64,000 nucleotides of DNA from Mytilus edulis (taxonomy: Eukaryota): contig NC_092345.1 in assembly GCF_963676685.1 (NCBI RefSeq), forward strand, positions 38,998,001 to 39,062,000, read 5' to 3'. A model generated the notes under the pieces. It was not told the DNA's origin. It did not search any database and saw nothing but the letters and a program-made list of their open reading frames with translations. The position numbers and the translations under genes are program-made. The stretch's first letter is position 1, and the number at the start of each line of letters is the position of its first letter. Below are positions 26,581-37,510 of the stretch, one piece after another.

Positions 26581-28099
26581 TTTTCTTCTTTTGCTTTTGA
26601 TTATTGTCCTTTATTATTTAATAGATTTCAATCTTGCATGTATATTCTGCTTTATTACAATTTTCAAATTTTGTACAGGTTAAAACAATTTTTAAGCAGT
26701 ATTTTGTACATGTTATAACATGTACGAGGTACTTTTGTACATGTTATAACTTGTATTTTGGCATTGTACAGGTTATAACATGTACAATATTTTTGTACGT
26801 ATTATAACCTGTACAAAATTCCAACTTGTACACGACATATATACATATATTATTAATATTAACTTGACTTGTTTAAATTATTTCTCATGTATTATCGCTA
26901 TTTTGTGCATTTTTCCTTTGATCTTTTTTTTGTGATAATTTTTCATATCATGCTCCTCGCTTTTGATGAAAAATTATCACTACAAACTAAGGAGACACGT
27001 GGCGTTGCTAATTAAAATGGACATGAAATTGACAAAATCGTCATAGGTAAAATAGCGATAAACAGATTATCATTGGTCATCTCAACTCGATTGCTTTTCT
27101 CGTTGAGATGATCATCGATATTCTCTTTAGTTTACATTTGCAGCTTATCAAAATTCAAAAAGAACACCTGAGCTCTAAACTGGGACCAATTAAGGAACCG
27201 GTCCGTTTGGTACATTCAAAGAAGACCAAAAATAAATTGGGTGTGAACACAAAAGAGAACCCCAAATATAAGCTAGCGTACAATGTGAGGACAATGTTCC
27301 ATTTTCATCTTGCCATATCGCACCAAATAAATTGGGCATACCCACTTACTGCCAAAAAATCCCCACCCGAAACCCCATTGAAACTTATTGGCACCACCCT
27401 TACCGAGTTCACTTTCTTATCAATATCAGGTTACAACAGCTTTTAATATTCTAGACGTTGAACAATAAATAGTCCTCCGGGTGTCGGGAAACTTCCTGGT
27501 GCATCTTGTAAAACTGTTTACGTTACTTATTTTGTGTTAGCACGCTTTGATTCGTATGTCCCATCATTTCTATATACATTGCTTTCTGTAGCACATCTAA
27601 TATTAAAGTGCATTACAGTGTAAATACTTTATTTTAATATCATATAAATCATGTACAGATTTGTTTTATACATATTTGTTAATACTTGCAATCACTGATG
27701 CTCAGTGGCAAGAATTGTTTTATACTTGCAATCACTGTCAGTCTGATGATCAGTGCTAGTTTTTTGTTTTATACTTGGAATCACTTATGCTCTGTGCTAA
27801 GTTCCTCGGAGGTTTTCAAACTTTCAAGCTTTATGCCGATACTGTTTCATAAAAATCTGGAATCAGCATTTTGGAATATATTTAGTAGAATCAGGTAAGG
27901 CATCCACTATGATACTAGTATACTATAATTTATTAAGAGAATACATTTCGAAGTGGAAAAACTAAATTTCTAACATGGGATATAACTCAAAATTTACTTT
28001 TGTCGTTTTAAACATTTTATTTGCTTCATTTACACAAACAGGGGAATATCATAAAAAGTGTATAACTGGTAAACATTACCTGTATTTGCAGTCTCCAAT

Positions 28100-28600
28100 A
28101 GGGTTGTTTCCAGATCACCTAAAACATTCATGTTCAAATTTGAATGCTGCGCCATAAGAACACCTGCCTAAATTGTAACCCTTGTATGGTTCTGAGAATC
28201 TTTGTACATGTTTAGATTCGTTATTGACAATATTTTGGACAAACTTTGATCCCTTTTGATCCGCCAACTGCATGATTAGTATCTGAGTTAACAGATCTCT
28301 GAGGAGTATAGACGTACAATACCCACAGCTCCATGTCAAGCTCTGCCAAAAGACGAGTGAGGACATCTTACGAAGGCGATATTGTTCAGCATATATGCCA
28401 TAATATGGACCAACCTGAGCCATCCCATCTTGATGAAGCTAGTCAAACGTTGTGCATATATTTCAGGAACTCTTGCCCTTTATTAGTCCATTTTTCTAGC
28501 ATTATATCCATAAAATTGATGAAAGCAGATGTCCATACGTGCAAACTTATGATAGTGCTATGTTTTTGTGGAGTTCTAGTTAATAGCCCCCCTTTTACTG
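28100..28600 (-). pseudogene. Degenerate gag of a second DIRS/Ngaro-type YR retrotransposon
   Basis: ISLHVWTSAFINFMDIMLEKW..GQEFLKYMHNV*LASSR..EQYRLRK..LDMELW plus a YNLGRCSYG..FEHEC zinc-finger remnant. Confidence 0.6.
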
Positions 28601-28953
28601 AAAGATCGACATTTAAAAAGGCTAAACTCTTTTACAGATTTAAGTAAATCTTGTAAATCGAAGATATTCTCTGGCCCACATTTTCTCCTTAATTCTTACC
28701 GGTTTATATGCACCTATAGGGTACAACACTGGATGTGTACACTGGCGTTACATTTTCGTGTACGATGTCGAAAGTAAGACCCTGTGAATTACCTCTGTTA
28801 CAATCACTTAAACGTATTGTATTGTTAAACATACCGGTAGAAACTATATCATATATGTTGTCAATTTTTGGTCAATTCTTGACATCTCAGGTTGGTCACT
28901 GTCACTTATGGTTTACCAGTTACAAATGCATAAGAGGAAATAACTCACCTATA

Positions 28954-29046
28954 TCCGGGATTCGAACTCATGCTTCTGCTCAGATATCCTGGCACCGAAT
29001 CGCATTGCACTATACCCGACGCGCTAGACCACTCTACCACCTAGGC
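28954..29046 (-). mobile_element. tRNA-derived (SINE-type) head with long A-B box spacing
   Basis: Minus strand: GGTAGAGTGGT (A box) ... GAGTTCGAATCC (B box); related to 31548-31644. Confidence 0.6.
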
Positions 29047-29330
29047 TTGGTTTTTTATATCAGCGAAATTCTTTTGATACAATTATTCATTTGCATCGTG
29101 TGTCTTGTGAAATGTAATCTTTATAGTTAACGTAATTAAAATGTAATTGGTAACTGCAGATGCAATTACTTCTAAATGTGGATGCCACACAAAGATAATT
29201 TCACACAACATCCCTAATTAATTTTGTTTTCTCTTGTAGAACATGCTTATGCATGGATAATTATGTTTACACAATTAACTTTGGGTTTAACTCTCAAATG
29301 CTTTTATTTGTCTTCCGTCAACAATTGATT

Positions 29331-29579
29331 GATGGATTATTTGTGTTTTAACGCCACTTTTAAGCGCCACTTTTTGGACTATTTTTAGTGGCGACCAGTT
29401 TTTATTAGTGGAGGTAGACGGAGTGCACGGAGAGACCACCGACCTTCGAAAGGAAAACTGACAATCCTAGTTAATTAAGATTAGAGTCGAGTGCACCCGC
29501 ACATGCGAGGTTCGAACTCACAACCTCAGTATTGAATGGCTAGTGATAACAGTAGTAGAACTACTTGGCCACCAAGGCC
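29331..29579 (-). mobile_element. tRNA-derived SINE
   Basis: 17-bp TSD TCCGTCAACAATTGATT (29314-29330 and 29580-29596), B box GAGTTCGAACC, short ATC-type tail. Confidence 0.85.
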
Positions 29580-31337
29580 TCCGTCAACAATTGATTAACT
29601 GAAAGTAGTAGCCTTAAGAAAAAGTAAGCGGACTTCAAGAAAAAAAACGTGTATACATTACAAAATGCACACTGTTTACATGGAGTGTAATTAAATCAGG
29701 ATAAACTAATAAAAAAATGGCCGTTCCGAAAAGAGTGAAAAATAAAAATACAGGGAAAAAATTTATATGACCCCCCCCCCCTCCCCCCACCCCCCTTTAT
29801 AAAAAATCATCTAGTAGTTCCCTTATTGAAATGTCGAAGTAATGATTAACGTGAAAGTAATCAAAAAGTAAAAACAAAAATTTTGATTCTCACACATCTC
29901 TTCAGTGATAAAGATTTATCTTCATTAGATTCTTTTATCTGATTTTTTATCATGAAACCATCACCCCTGTCGTAAACATCAGATTAAGCTGTTAATTCTG
30001 CATCGAACAAGACGAATCTGCATACCTGTGGAAATGAATGAAACGTCATTATAAATTGTCTTTGCATTGACTGCATGCACTTTGTGTAGAAATTAAAGAT
30101 TAGCAGATAAACAGATAGCTTGTAATTAGCATCATTTTATAAAAAAAAAAAAAAGCAGCACTTAACAGTCTGGGTGGTAAATATATGCGAAACTCTTACT
30201 TTGCAAAGCTTTTAATTCAAGAATAGTTTTTAAATTGCAGGGTTTTTTTCATGACTATATGATCTAATCACTATTCTATTGAATATTTAAGGGAATGAAT
30301 ATGAAACTGTTTGTATACATATAGTATCTGGTTTATGATTTTTTTATTATTAATTTGGCTTTTAACTAGCTTTTAGTTACTACGAGTACTCTCAAATCAT
30401 ACGTTCGTGTTAATTTGACCTGTTGATACTATTTGTAATGCATTCTTGTTATCTAATGTTTACTTATTCAGTGTTATATCTTGTCTCAATATTTTTTTTC
30501 TAAAATATTGAACACTTTTGATAAGTGTTTGGTACGACGATAAATATTCATTTCTGTTCTCGTACTATGAACAACAAAATTATTTATTTTGTACAACAAA
30601 ACAACCATACGGGCAAATCTAACTACAACATTATTTTTATTTACCTGTGTACGTTATTTTATTTGGCGGCATTGTGTTAAGGTTAATATGATTGTCTGCT
30701 TGAATTTTTTTTCATATACCCTCCTGTTTGATTAATTTCGTATTTACATTGTGTCACAGATCAAATTTACTTATTGTGATTTACACTATTGTTTCACGGT
30801 AGGGTGAAGGTTGGCGCCTTTTAAAACGTTCAAACCCGCTGCATTTGTTTGCACCTGTTCAAAGTCTGAAACCTAATGTTCAATGGTTGTGTGTTTCATA
30901 ATTTTTGTTATTTAGATATATATGTATCTAAGTACGTCTCAGCCAGTGACAACTCTGACAACCCAACAATGTTAGATCTGTAAATTTGCTTTCTTTAGAT
31001 CGTCTAAACATCAACCGAGTTATATATATATATATATAAGTGCCTATAGATAGCAGCACATGACATACAAATCTAAGGGAGTGTGGATTAATCAGTACAG
31101 AGATTAATTCAATTACACAAATAAAATTATAGATTGCCTAACAATGTAATTTTAACACACTATTTAGTATGTAAATATAAGAATGTTTAAAATATTTACA
31201 AAATGATGAAAATAAACGCATCATTTCGCTAGACCAACTAGCTTTATCAAGCGTGCATCTATCCAGGTGAAATGTAGATATATATAGGATCCTACAAATT
31301 ATCTACATGATCATCTACATTTCACCTGGATAGATGC

Positions 31338-31376
31338 ACGCTTGATAAAGCTAGTTGGTCTAGCGAAATATTGCGT
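31338..31376 (+). ncRNA. Minimal type I hammerhead-like motif, U3:A8 core variant (also minus-strand copies at 31216-31254 and 32011-32049)
   Basis: ACGC-TTGATAAA-GCTAG(TTGGT)CTAGC-GAAA-TA-TT-GCGT: stems I and II pair, and helix III is the palindrome AATATT. Confidence 0.65.
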
Positions 31377-31547
31377 TTATTTTCATCATTTTGTAAATAT
31401 TTTAAACATTCTTATATTTACATACTAAATAGTGTGTTAAAATTACATTGTTAGGCAATCTCTCTATATATATATATATATAACTCGTCTAAACATCAAC
31501 CCAACAATGTTAGATCTGTAAATTTGCTTTCGCAAATTTTTGGTTCT

Positions 31548-31644
31548 TCCCTCGCCGGGATTCGGAACCATGCTACTGTGATATCGTGACACCAAATCGC
31601 CTGCACTGCAGCCGTCCCGCTAGACCACACGACCACCTGGGCTC
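31548..31644 (-). mobile_element. tRNA-derived Pol III-type head within a (TA)n-flanked unit (~31480-31820)
   Basis: Minus strand: GGTCGTGTGGT (A box) ... GGTTCCGAATCC (B-box-like), with a GTGTCACGATATCAC spacer. Confidence 0.55.
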
Positions 31645-32639
31645 TTAAAATAGAGCTTTTGCTGGCCGTGTGTTACCTTTCCACGTCAGTTTTAATCTAG
31701 CGGCGTACTGCAGTACATGATATATAAGGCATGAAGATGTTATTGTTACAGATCAGCTAAATTATCTATAGTAAAGGATCCTACAAATTAATGTTAGATA
31801 CAGTCACAGAAAATAATTATATATATATATATAAGTGCCTATAAATAGCAGCACATGACATACAAATCTATGGGAGTGTGGATTAATCAGCACAGAGATT
31901 AATTCAATTACACAAATAAAATTATAGATTGCCTAACAATGTAATTTTAACACACTATTTAGTATGTAAATATAAGAATGTTTAAAATATTTACAAAATG
32001 ATGAAAATAAACGTAATATTTCGCTACACCAACTAGCTTTATCAAGCGTGCATCTATCCAGGTGAAATCGGATGTAGATGATAAGAAACTTTTGCAGCTC
32101 AACGTCTATGTTGCACTTAACTGCCTTTAAAATAAGAAAATTTTGCAGCTCAATGTCTATGAGCACTTGAATTTAGCTGCTTTGAAAATAAGAAAATTTT
32201 GCAGCTCAATGTATATGTTGCACTTGGATTTAGCTACCTTAAAAAATACATAATTGGTAGTTGAAGTTAGCAACGTCCATTGGCCAATATTACGGGATAA
32301 AAAGGACGATGCTTTGTTTTAAATTATTCTTTATCTTTCCTGTATCTTTTTTCGTCTTTTTCGTTAAGACCATCAGGTTCTAAAGTGTGGAGTTGGTGGA
32401 TCCAAAAGTTTTCTCTTCTCCTTCTCGCCGTGGTGTCCCACTCGGTGTTGACTTCTATAATTTGGAAAGTAACATTATCAAAAGGATGTTTCCACTGGGT
32501 CTGTGTACACAATATTTTGTTATGTAACTTGCAAAACCCAGAATGTTAGTATTTTCCCGCGTTTCGATCAGTATAGCGGGAAAATGTTGTATTCTCGATA
32601 TGGGAATCGTCAATTTTCGGTTGGCCGAAGAAAATCTAT

Positions 32640-32699
32640 CCAATCAGAGGACTGAGTTGTGGTCATATATAAGGTGTTTTTTCTGTGGTAGCTTCACTT
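32640..32699 (+). promoter_or_regulatory. Putative Pol II promoter of the DIRS element
   Basis: CCAAT at 32640, TATATAA at 32666, and Inr-like TCACTT with its A at 32696 (30 nt after the TATA start, 32 nt before the ATG). Confidence 0.6.
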
Positions 32700-32727
32700 C
32701 TAGCCGTCGTATTGACCGTGTAAACCA

Positions 32728-35520
32728 ATGGACGCCGAATTACAGCAAGTTATCCAGACAGAAGTACAGAATGCCGTTCAATCCACACAGCACCAGATGT
32801 TGAACAGTATGACGACGTTACTGGACTCACGTTTAGAAGGGTTCCAAAGAAGGATACAGGACAACCAGAAAGTGCTGTCGGACACACAGATAGCTAGGAT
32901 GGACAAATCACTGACCGACAGTTATAAATTCCGAAAGAGGGGGAACGAAGAACAACACAAACATAACCAGAAAGTGTACGCCAAAATCAGAGAAGTACAT
33001 GCAGAATTTGAGACGGACAACTTGACGCAGTCCAATATCAACAGTGCAAAAAGAAAAATTTCAGAAGGTATGGACTTGATAAAAAATCGACAAAAGCTTA
33101 TCAAACTTGCCGATTCTTCAGACGCGGGTAGAAGACGCGTGGTAGAAGAATACGTTACCAACCAACTCGCTGACGATTCCGAGGACGAGAAGAAGATGTA
33201 TAAAGCGCAGAGTAGAGCAGAAAGCAAGCTGAAAAAGGAAAAGTTAAAAAGACGCCCAGACCGCAAGAGCGTGCCATACACACAACAGGCCCCAGCAAAA
33301 ACAGCAAATTCGATCCCTGTGAACGTTAGTGGTGGATCCAGGTCTGATGTACGACCCGGTAGATGTTTCTATTGTAATGAGGACGGGCACTGGATTAGGA
33401 ATTGTCCAAAGTCTGCTGCTGAGCAAAAACATAAGATAAGTATTGATACTACTATATGTATAATTGATAAAGTAGAAATGTATACTCACCCAAAAACAGA
33501 TCTAGCATCGGGTGAACTCTATTCAATGAGGAATGTTAATTCAATAACACAGACATCACGTGATGTCCAGTCAATGAGCAATACACATACTACTACTATA
33601 GTAAACTATAACGGTACAGGTGTAGGTCATTTAAAAGAGAGCTTGAGCGAATGGAAGAGAATAGGTGCCACGGATTTTGTATTAGATATTATAGCAAACG
33701 GGTATAAAATTCCTTTCAGCACCATTCCATGCATGGTTGAATTACAAAATAACAAATCAGCAAGAGACAATCCCGAATTTGTTAAGAGCGAGATTGAAAA
33801 ATTGCTCGAAAAAGGATGTATTACTCAAGTGTCTCGTAAGCCATATGTAGTTAATCCTCTAACTGTAGCTCATAATAGAGGTTCAAAACTCAGATTAGTA
33901 TTAGATGCAAGACATATCAATCCACATGTAGTTAAATTTAAACACAAATATGAAGATGCAAAAACTGCTAGACAATTATATGATCAAGGAGATTTTGTAT
34001 TTTCTTACGATTTAAAAAGCGCATATCATCATATAAGCATTTTTGAAACAGATACTACAAAATGGGAGCATGAATATTATGTGTATAATGTGTTACCTTT
34101 TGGGTTGTCAACCAGCGGATATATTTTTACAAAGGTAGTCAGGGAAGTTATAAAATATTGGAGAAGTACGGGTCTAAAAATTGTCATGTATCTAGACGAT
34201 GGTTTCGGCGGGGGCAAAAACATGAAAGAGGCTATGTTAGCGAGTGAAAAAATCCATTCCGATTTGGAGAAATTTGGGTTTGTTCTCGCATCAGAGAAGT
34301 GCAATTGGGTTCCTATTCAAGGTCTAGACTGGTTAGGTTTTCATTGGGATATGATAGAAGGGGTTATAAGAATTACAGAAAAAAGAATAGAGAAGCTTTT
34401 AAGAATTTTGGAAGTTTTCAAGATACAATTTCACTACGGAATTAGGCTTTTCCGGGTGAAATTTATTGCAAGTCTTGTAGGACAGATCATATCAATGCAG
34501 CCTGTATTAGGAGATCAGGCACGTTTAAGAACAAGGTATTTGTACCAATGTATATTGCAAAGGGCAAGTTGGAACGCCAAAGTACTAGTTAGTACGGACG
34601 CATTCGAGGAGTGCATTTTTTGGGAACATAAAGTTGAAAGCTTTAACGAGATAGGATCTCGGTTAAGTCAGTTGACTTATAATGTACCACAAGATTATTA
34701 TGTGTTCAGTGATGCATCTGGTATAGGTTTCGGTGGTTTTGTTACCACTGGTTCAGAGGACGAACCTTCGGAAATGTTTGGTAGTTGGTCAATGGCGGAA
34801 CAGGCCGAAAGTTCGACCTGTAGAGAGCTCGAGGCTGTAAAAAGATTATTGATAAATTTTGTCAATGTCCTCTCTGGTAAGACTATCAGAGTTTTCACAG
34901 ATAATCTGAATATCACACATATACTTAATATTGGTAGTAGGAAGATGGTTTTGCACAAGAACGCTTTGTTCGTTGATAAATTTTGCAGAGAGAATGCAAT
35001 TAAGTTGAGCTTGGTTTGGTTACCAAGAGAATCAAACCAGTACGCAGACACTTTAAGTAGGGTAACAGATTCTGATGACTGGGAAATACAAGATGAGATT
35101 TTTCTGTATCTTAATCACGTTTGGGCTCCACATGACATAGATAGGTTCGTACATGATTACAATGCCAAGTGCAAGCATTTTAACTCAAAGTTTTGGTGCC
35201 CCGGGACTGCTGGGATAGACTCGTTTACATTAGTATGGGGTGGACATAATAATTGGATAGTTCCACCACCAAGTTTGATTCCAAAGGTTATTAATAAGAT
35301 TAGAATAGAAAAATGCAATGGCACTTTAGTCATCCCGGAATGGACATCGGCACCATTTTGGCCTATGTTGGTGGATCGATTTGGAAATTTTAAGGATTTA
35401 ATAGTTGACAGAAAGTTTTTTCAAGGGGAAAATCTGACTAAAAGAGGCAGAGGGCAGTGCGGAGTATTCGGACAACAGTGTTTCACATTTAGATTGATTG
35501 CTTTAAGAATAGAATTTTAG
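32728..35520 (+). CDS. DIRS gag (CCHC) - reverse transcriptase - RNase H - methyltransferase-like polyprotein
   Basis: 930-aa ORF: RQKLIKLADSS, CFYCNEDGHWIRNC, LRLVLD, YDLKSAYHHI, LPFGLS, YLDD, FSDAS, RELEAV, FTDN, WLPRESNQYAD, DIDRF..NNWIVPP..W..APFWP. Confidence 0.93.
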   Translation: MDAELQQVIQTEVQNAVQSTQHQMLNSMTTLLDSRLEGFQRRIQDNQKVLSDTQIARMDKSLTDSYKFRKRGNEEQHKHNQKVYAKIREVHAEFETDNLTQSNINSAKRKISEGMDLIKNRQKLIKLADSSDAGRRRVVEEYVTNQLADDSEDEKKMYKAQSRAESKLKKEKLKRRPDRKSVPYTQQAPAKTANSIPVNVSGGSRSDVRPGRCFYCNEDGHWIRNCPKSAAEQKHKISIDTTICIIDKVEMYTHPKTDLASGELYSMRNVNSITQTSRDVQSMSNTHTTTIVNYNGTGVGHLKESLSEWKRIGATDFVLDIIANGYKIPFSTIPCMVELQNNKSARDNPEFVKSEIEKLLEKGCITQVSRKPYVVNPLTVAHNRGSKLRLVLDARHINPHVVKFKHKYEDAKTARQLYDQGDFVFSYDLKSAYHHISIFETDTTKWEHEYYVYNVLPFGLSTSGYIFTKVVREVIKYWRSTGLKIVMYLDDGFGGGKNMKEAMLASEKIHSDLEKFGFVLASEKCNWVPIQGLDWLGFHWDMIEGVIRITEKRIEKLLRILEVFKIQFHYGIRLFRVKFIASLVGQIISMQPVLGDQARLRTRYLYQCILQRASWNAKVLVSTDAFEECIFWEHKVESFNEIGSRLSQLTYNVPQDYYVFSDASGIGFGGFVTTGSEDEPSEMFGSWSMAEQAESSTCRELEAVKRLLINFVNVLSGKTIRVFTDNLNITHILNIGSRKMVLHKNALFVDKFCRENAIKLSLVWLPRESNQYADTLSRVTDSDDWEIQDEIFLYLNHVWAPHDIDRFVHDYNAKCKHFNSKFWCPGTAGIDSFTLVWGGHNNWIVPPPSLIPKVINKIRIEKCNGTLVIPEWTSAPFWPMLVDRFGNFKDLIVDRKFFQGENLTKRGRGQCGVFGQQCFTFRLIALRIEF

Positions 35521-35534
35521 TTTTCAATATACTT

Positions 35535-37073
35535 ATGACGTTATTTATTTCAACAGGGATTACATTAGACAACACAGTGAAGGAGGCCGTCCAGAACAGT
35601 GGTATAGAAGTTGGCAGTTATATGTACGAGCTTTATCCGAACATGTGTGAACTGTTGATAAACTCTAAAAGTGACAATACCGTTAAATCATATTTTAATT
35701 CTTACAAACGATGGGAACGTTTCATTACTTTACAAGGACACAAATCTTTGCCAGCTCAGCCAGTTCATGTTGCACTGTATTTAACACATTTATTGAACAA
35801 TAATTCTGCTTGTCACCCTATTTCGAACGCAGTGTATGGTATAAAATGGGCACATGAGATAAATGGTCTAAACGATCATACATCAAAGACTTTTGTAACA
35901 TCAATTCTTGAAGCATCTAAAAGAGTAGCACCAAAAAAGACAAATAAGAAAGATCCAATTACTCCGGGAACTTTAATCGAACTTTGTGATATGTTTAAAA
36001 ATTCTTTAGATTTACTTGTCATAAGGGATTTGGCAATAATGATTTTGAGTTTTTCAGGATTTCTTAGATATGATGAGATCAGTTCGTTACGCTTTTGTGA
36101 TGTAAAAAGTAAAATGACAAAAATACTGAACATAGAGGAAGATCAATTGGGAAAGTCCATAATCACATGGCAAAATCAAATAACAAAACGCATCAAAAAC
36201 GAATGGACAAGAACTGTCATATTCCTGACTTGGTACAGGCATTTTCAAATGTAGAAAATGGTGGATTAAACCTGGTTCTATAGCGCTAACCCTCTCACTT
36301 TAATGACAGTCTCATCAATTTCCGATATTTTTACATTGATGCGTTAAATAAACAGACACAATAAATAAAATAGTCAAAATATAGGTACATCAGTCATCAT
36401 CGTTTAACAATTTTAAAAGGAACAATTTAACAGAACACAAAAACATCTACTATCTACGAACACATTTATTGATTTGAGTGTCTGACGTCAGAAAATTTTA
36501 TACGTCACATAAATTTGTCGTTCAAGGCGCGTACAAACAATTTTAAAATTTTCATGGGAATGTTAGCATACAGGGTTAAAAAATCAAAAGTATGTAAGAA
36601 TAAAAGTACACGAATCTTATTTAATTTTGTGTATCGAAAAAAGCAAAACAGACCAATATAGGCAAAGTTCCGAAGTCTTGATTTCCAAGGGTAATTCATC
36701 TGCTTATCCTTACACAATGTTTTTAAGGTACACTAGGTTAGCAGGTTTCAGTGATTCTTGCCAGCAAAATTTTTATTTGTTTCGGCCTATTTATAGATCT
36801 CGTAATACATGCAAGCTTATTACTAAAGATAAAAAGCTAAGTTACACGGCGGCTAGAGAGTCCATTCTTAAGAGAATTCGAATAATTTGTCCAGAGGGAA
36901 ACATAGGTCTTCATTCATTCAGATCCGGTGGGGCCACAATGGCGGCAAACGCCGATGTTAGTGACAGATGCTTAAAGAAGCATGGTAGATGGAAGTCTGA
37001 CTCTAGTAAAGACGGTTACATAGTAGATTCCACTGAGAAACGTTTGAAGATATCTAAGGTATTAGGCCTATAG
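35535..37073 (+). pseudogene. DIRS tyrosine recombinase, split by a ~500-bp insertion
   Basis: SAM-like N-terminus, GFLRYDE (catalytic R), KSKTDQYR, HSFRSGGAT, KKHGRWKS, DGY. Removing ~36108-36605 restores ...CDVK|VHESYLILCIEK in frame. Confidence 0.9.
36108..36605 (+). mobile_element. Dispersed repeat (Helentron/HINE-like) inserted in an A-run of the YR gene
   Basis: Same family as ~61995-62270 (ACAAAAATACTGAAC..GAGGAA..ATGGCAAAATCAAAT..). Confidence 0.7.
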
Positions 37074-37230
37074 ATTACCCCTTTCTTTGGTTTTCTATCA
37101 CGTACGACGGGCTGTCGGTAAATTTGAATTTGTGTTTCAGTTTTATTTCTTTTACTGCCATGTGTACAAAGAATGTGTTGTTGGTGTGCTGTCAATGGCA
37201 GAAAAGGGTGTCATTTGTGTGTCTGTCGTC

Positions 37231-37510
37231 TGTAGTATAGAGAATACTGTATACATTCTTCAGTGTCGATGTGGCATGCAGTATGTTGGCGAGACAGAAC
37301 AGCCATTCAACAACGCATTAATGGTCATCGTAGTGACTACACCTGCAAGCCCGTCATTTGAGATCACCTAGGTACGCCCAAGCTGATCTAAAAAAAACTT
37401 ACAATCACCATCATAGAACACAACGAGGATTGGTCAAAGGCCGACAGACTTGCTCGGAAAGATTTTGGATAAGAAAGCTCAGGACAGTTTCCCCAGAGAG
37501 CATTAATTAA
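37231..37510 (+). pseudogene. Penelope-like GIY-YIG endonuclease fragment
   Basis: CSIENTVYILQCRCGMQYVGETEQPF..R INGHRSD..LTITIIEH..FWIRKLRT..IN, with frameshifts. Confidence 0.8.

Larger units (their letters stand above)
24908..26837. mobile_element. Non-autonomous TIR element, Ginger-like
   Basis: TGTCGTGTACAAGTTG / CAACTTGTACACGACA termini, ~170-bp TIRs built from GTTATAACATGTACA repeats, TSD TATA. Confidence 0.8.
31021..32512 (-). mobile_element. Penelope-like element 3' end: GIY-YIG C-terminus, 3' UTR and rearranged pseudo-LTR copies between (TA)n tracts
   Basis: ORF 32324-32512 (FQIIE..RRRRENFWIHQLHTLEPDGLN). Pseudo-LTR at 31830-32067, repeated directly at 31036-31272 and inverted at 31313-31461. 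Confidence 0.8.
32515..37230 (+). mobile_element. DIRS-type tyrosine-recombinase retrotransposon (termini approximate)
   Basis: gag-RT-RNase H-MT ORF followed by a YR ORF. No ITR or split direct repeats could be recognised by eye. Confidence 0.85.

Noticed and set aside
29890-30030. Minus-strand segment with splice-like ends as a coding exon
   Set aside because: Stop codons in all three frames.
28954-31644. A/B-box sequences as functional tRNA genes
   Set aside because: Too long between the boxes, with no clean acceptor stem or anticodon arm; they fit SINE-type heads.
32551-32585. Hairpin with CTGATCGAAAC on the minus strand as a hammerhead
   Set aside because: No helix II and an incomplete core; it is only a 10-bp stem upstream of the DIRS promoter.
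33431-33445. AAG|ATAAGT as an AT-AC intron donor for the YR splice
   Set aside because: It is phase 0, incompatible with both the AC and AG acceptors near 35554-35556; the GT donor at 33068 fits.
10283-35051. Antisense ORFs overlapping the BEL, LINE and DIRS coding regions, and the many 60-130-aa ORFs elsewhere
   Set aside because: Shadow frames or low-complexity AT-rich translations with no motifs or splice support.
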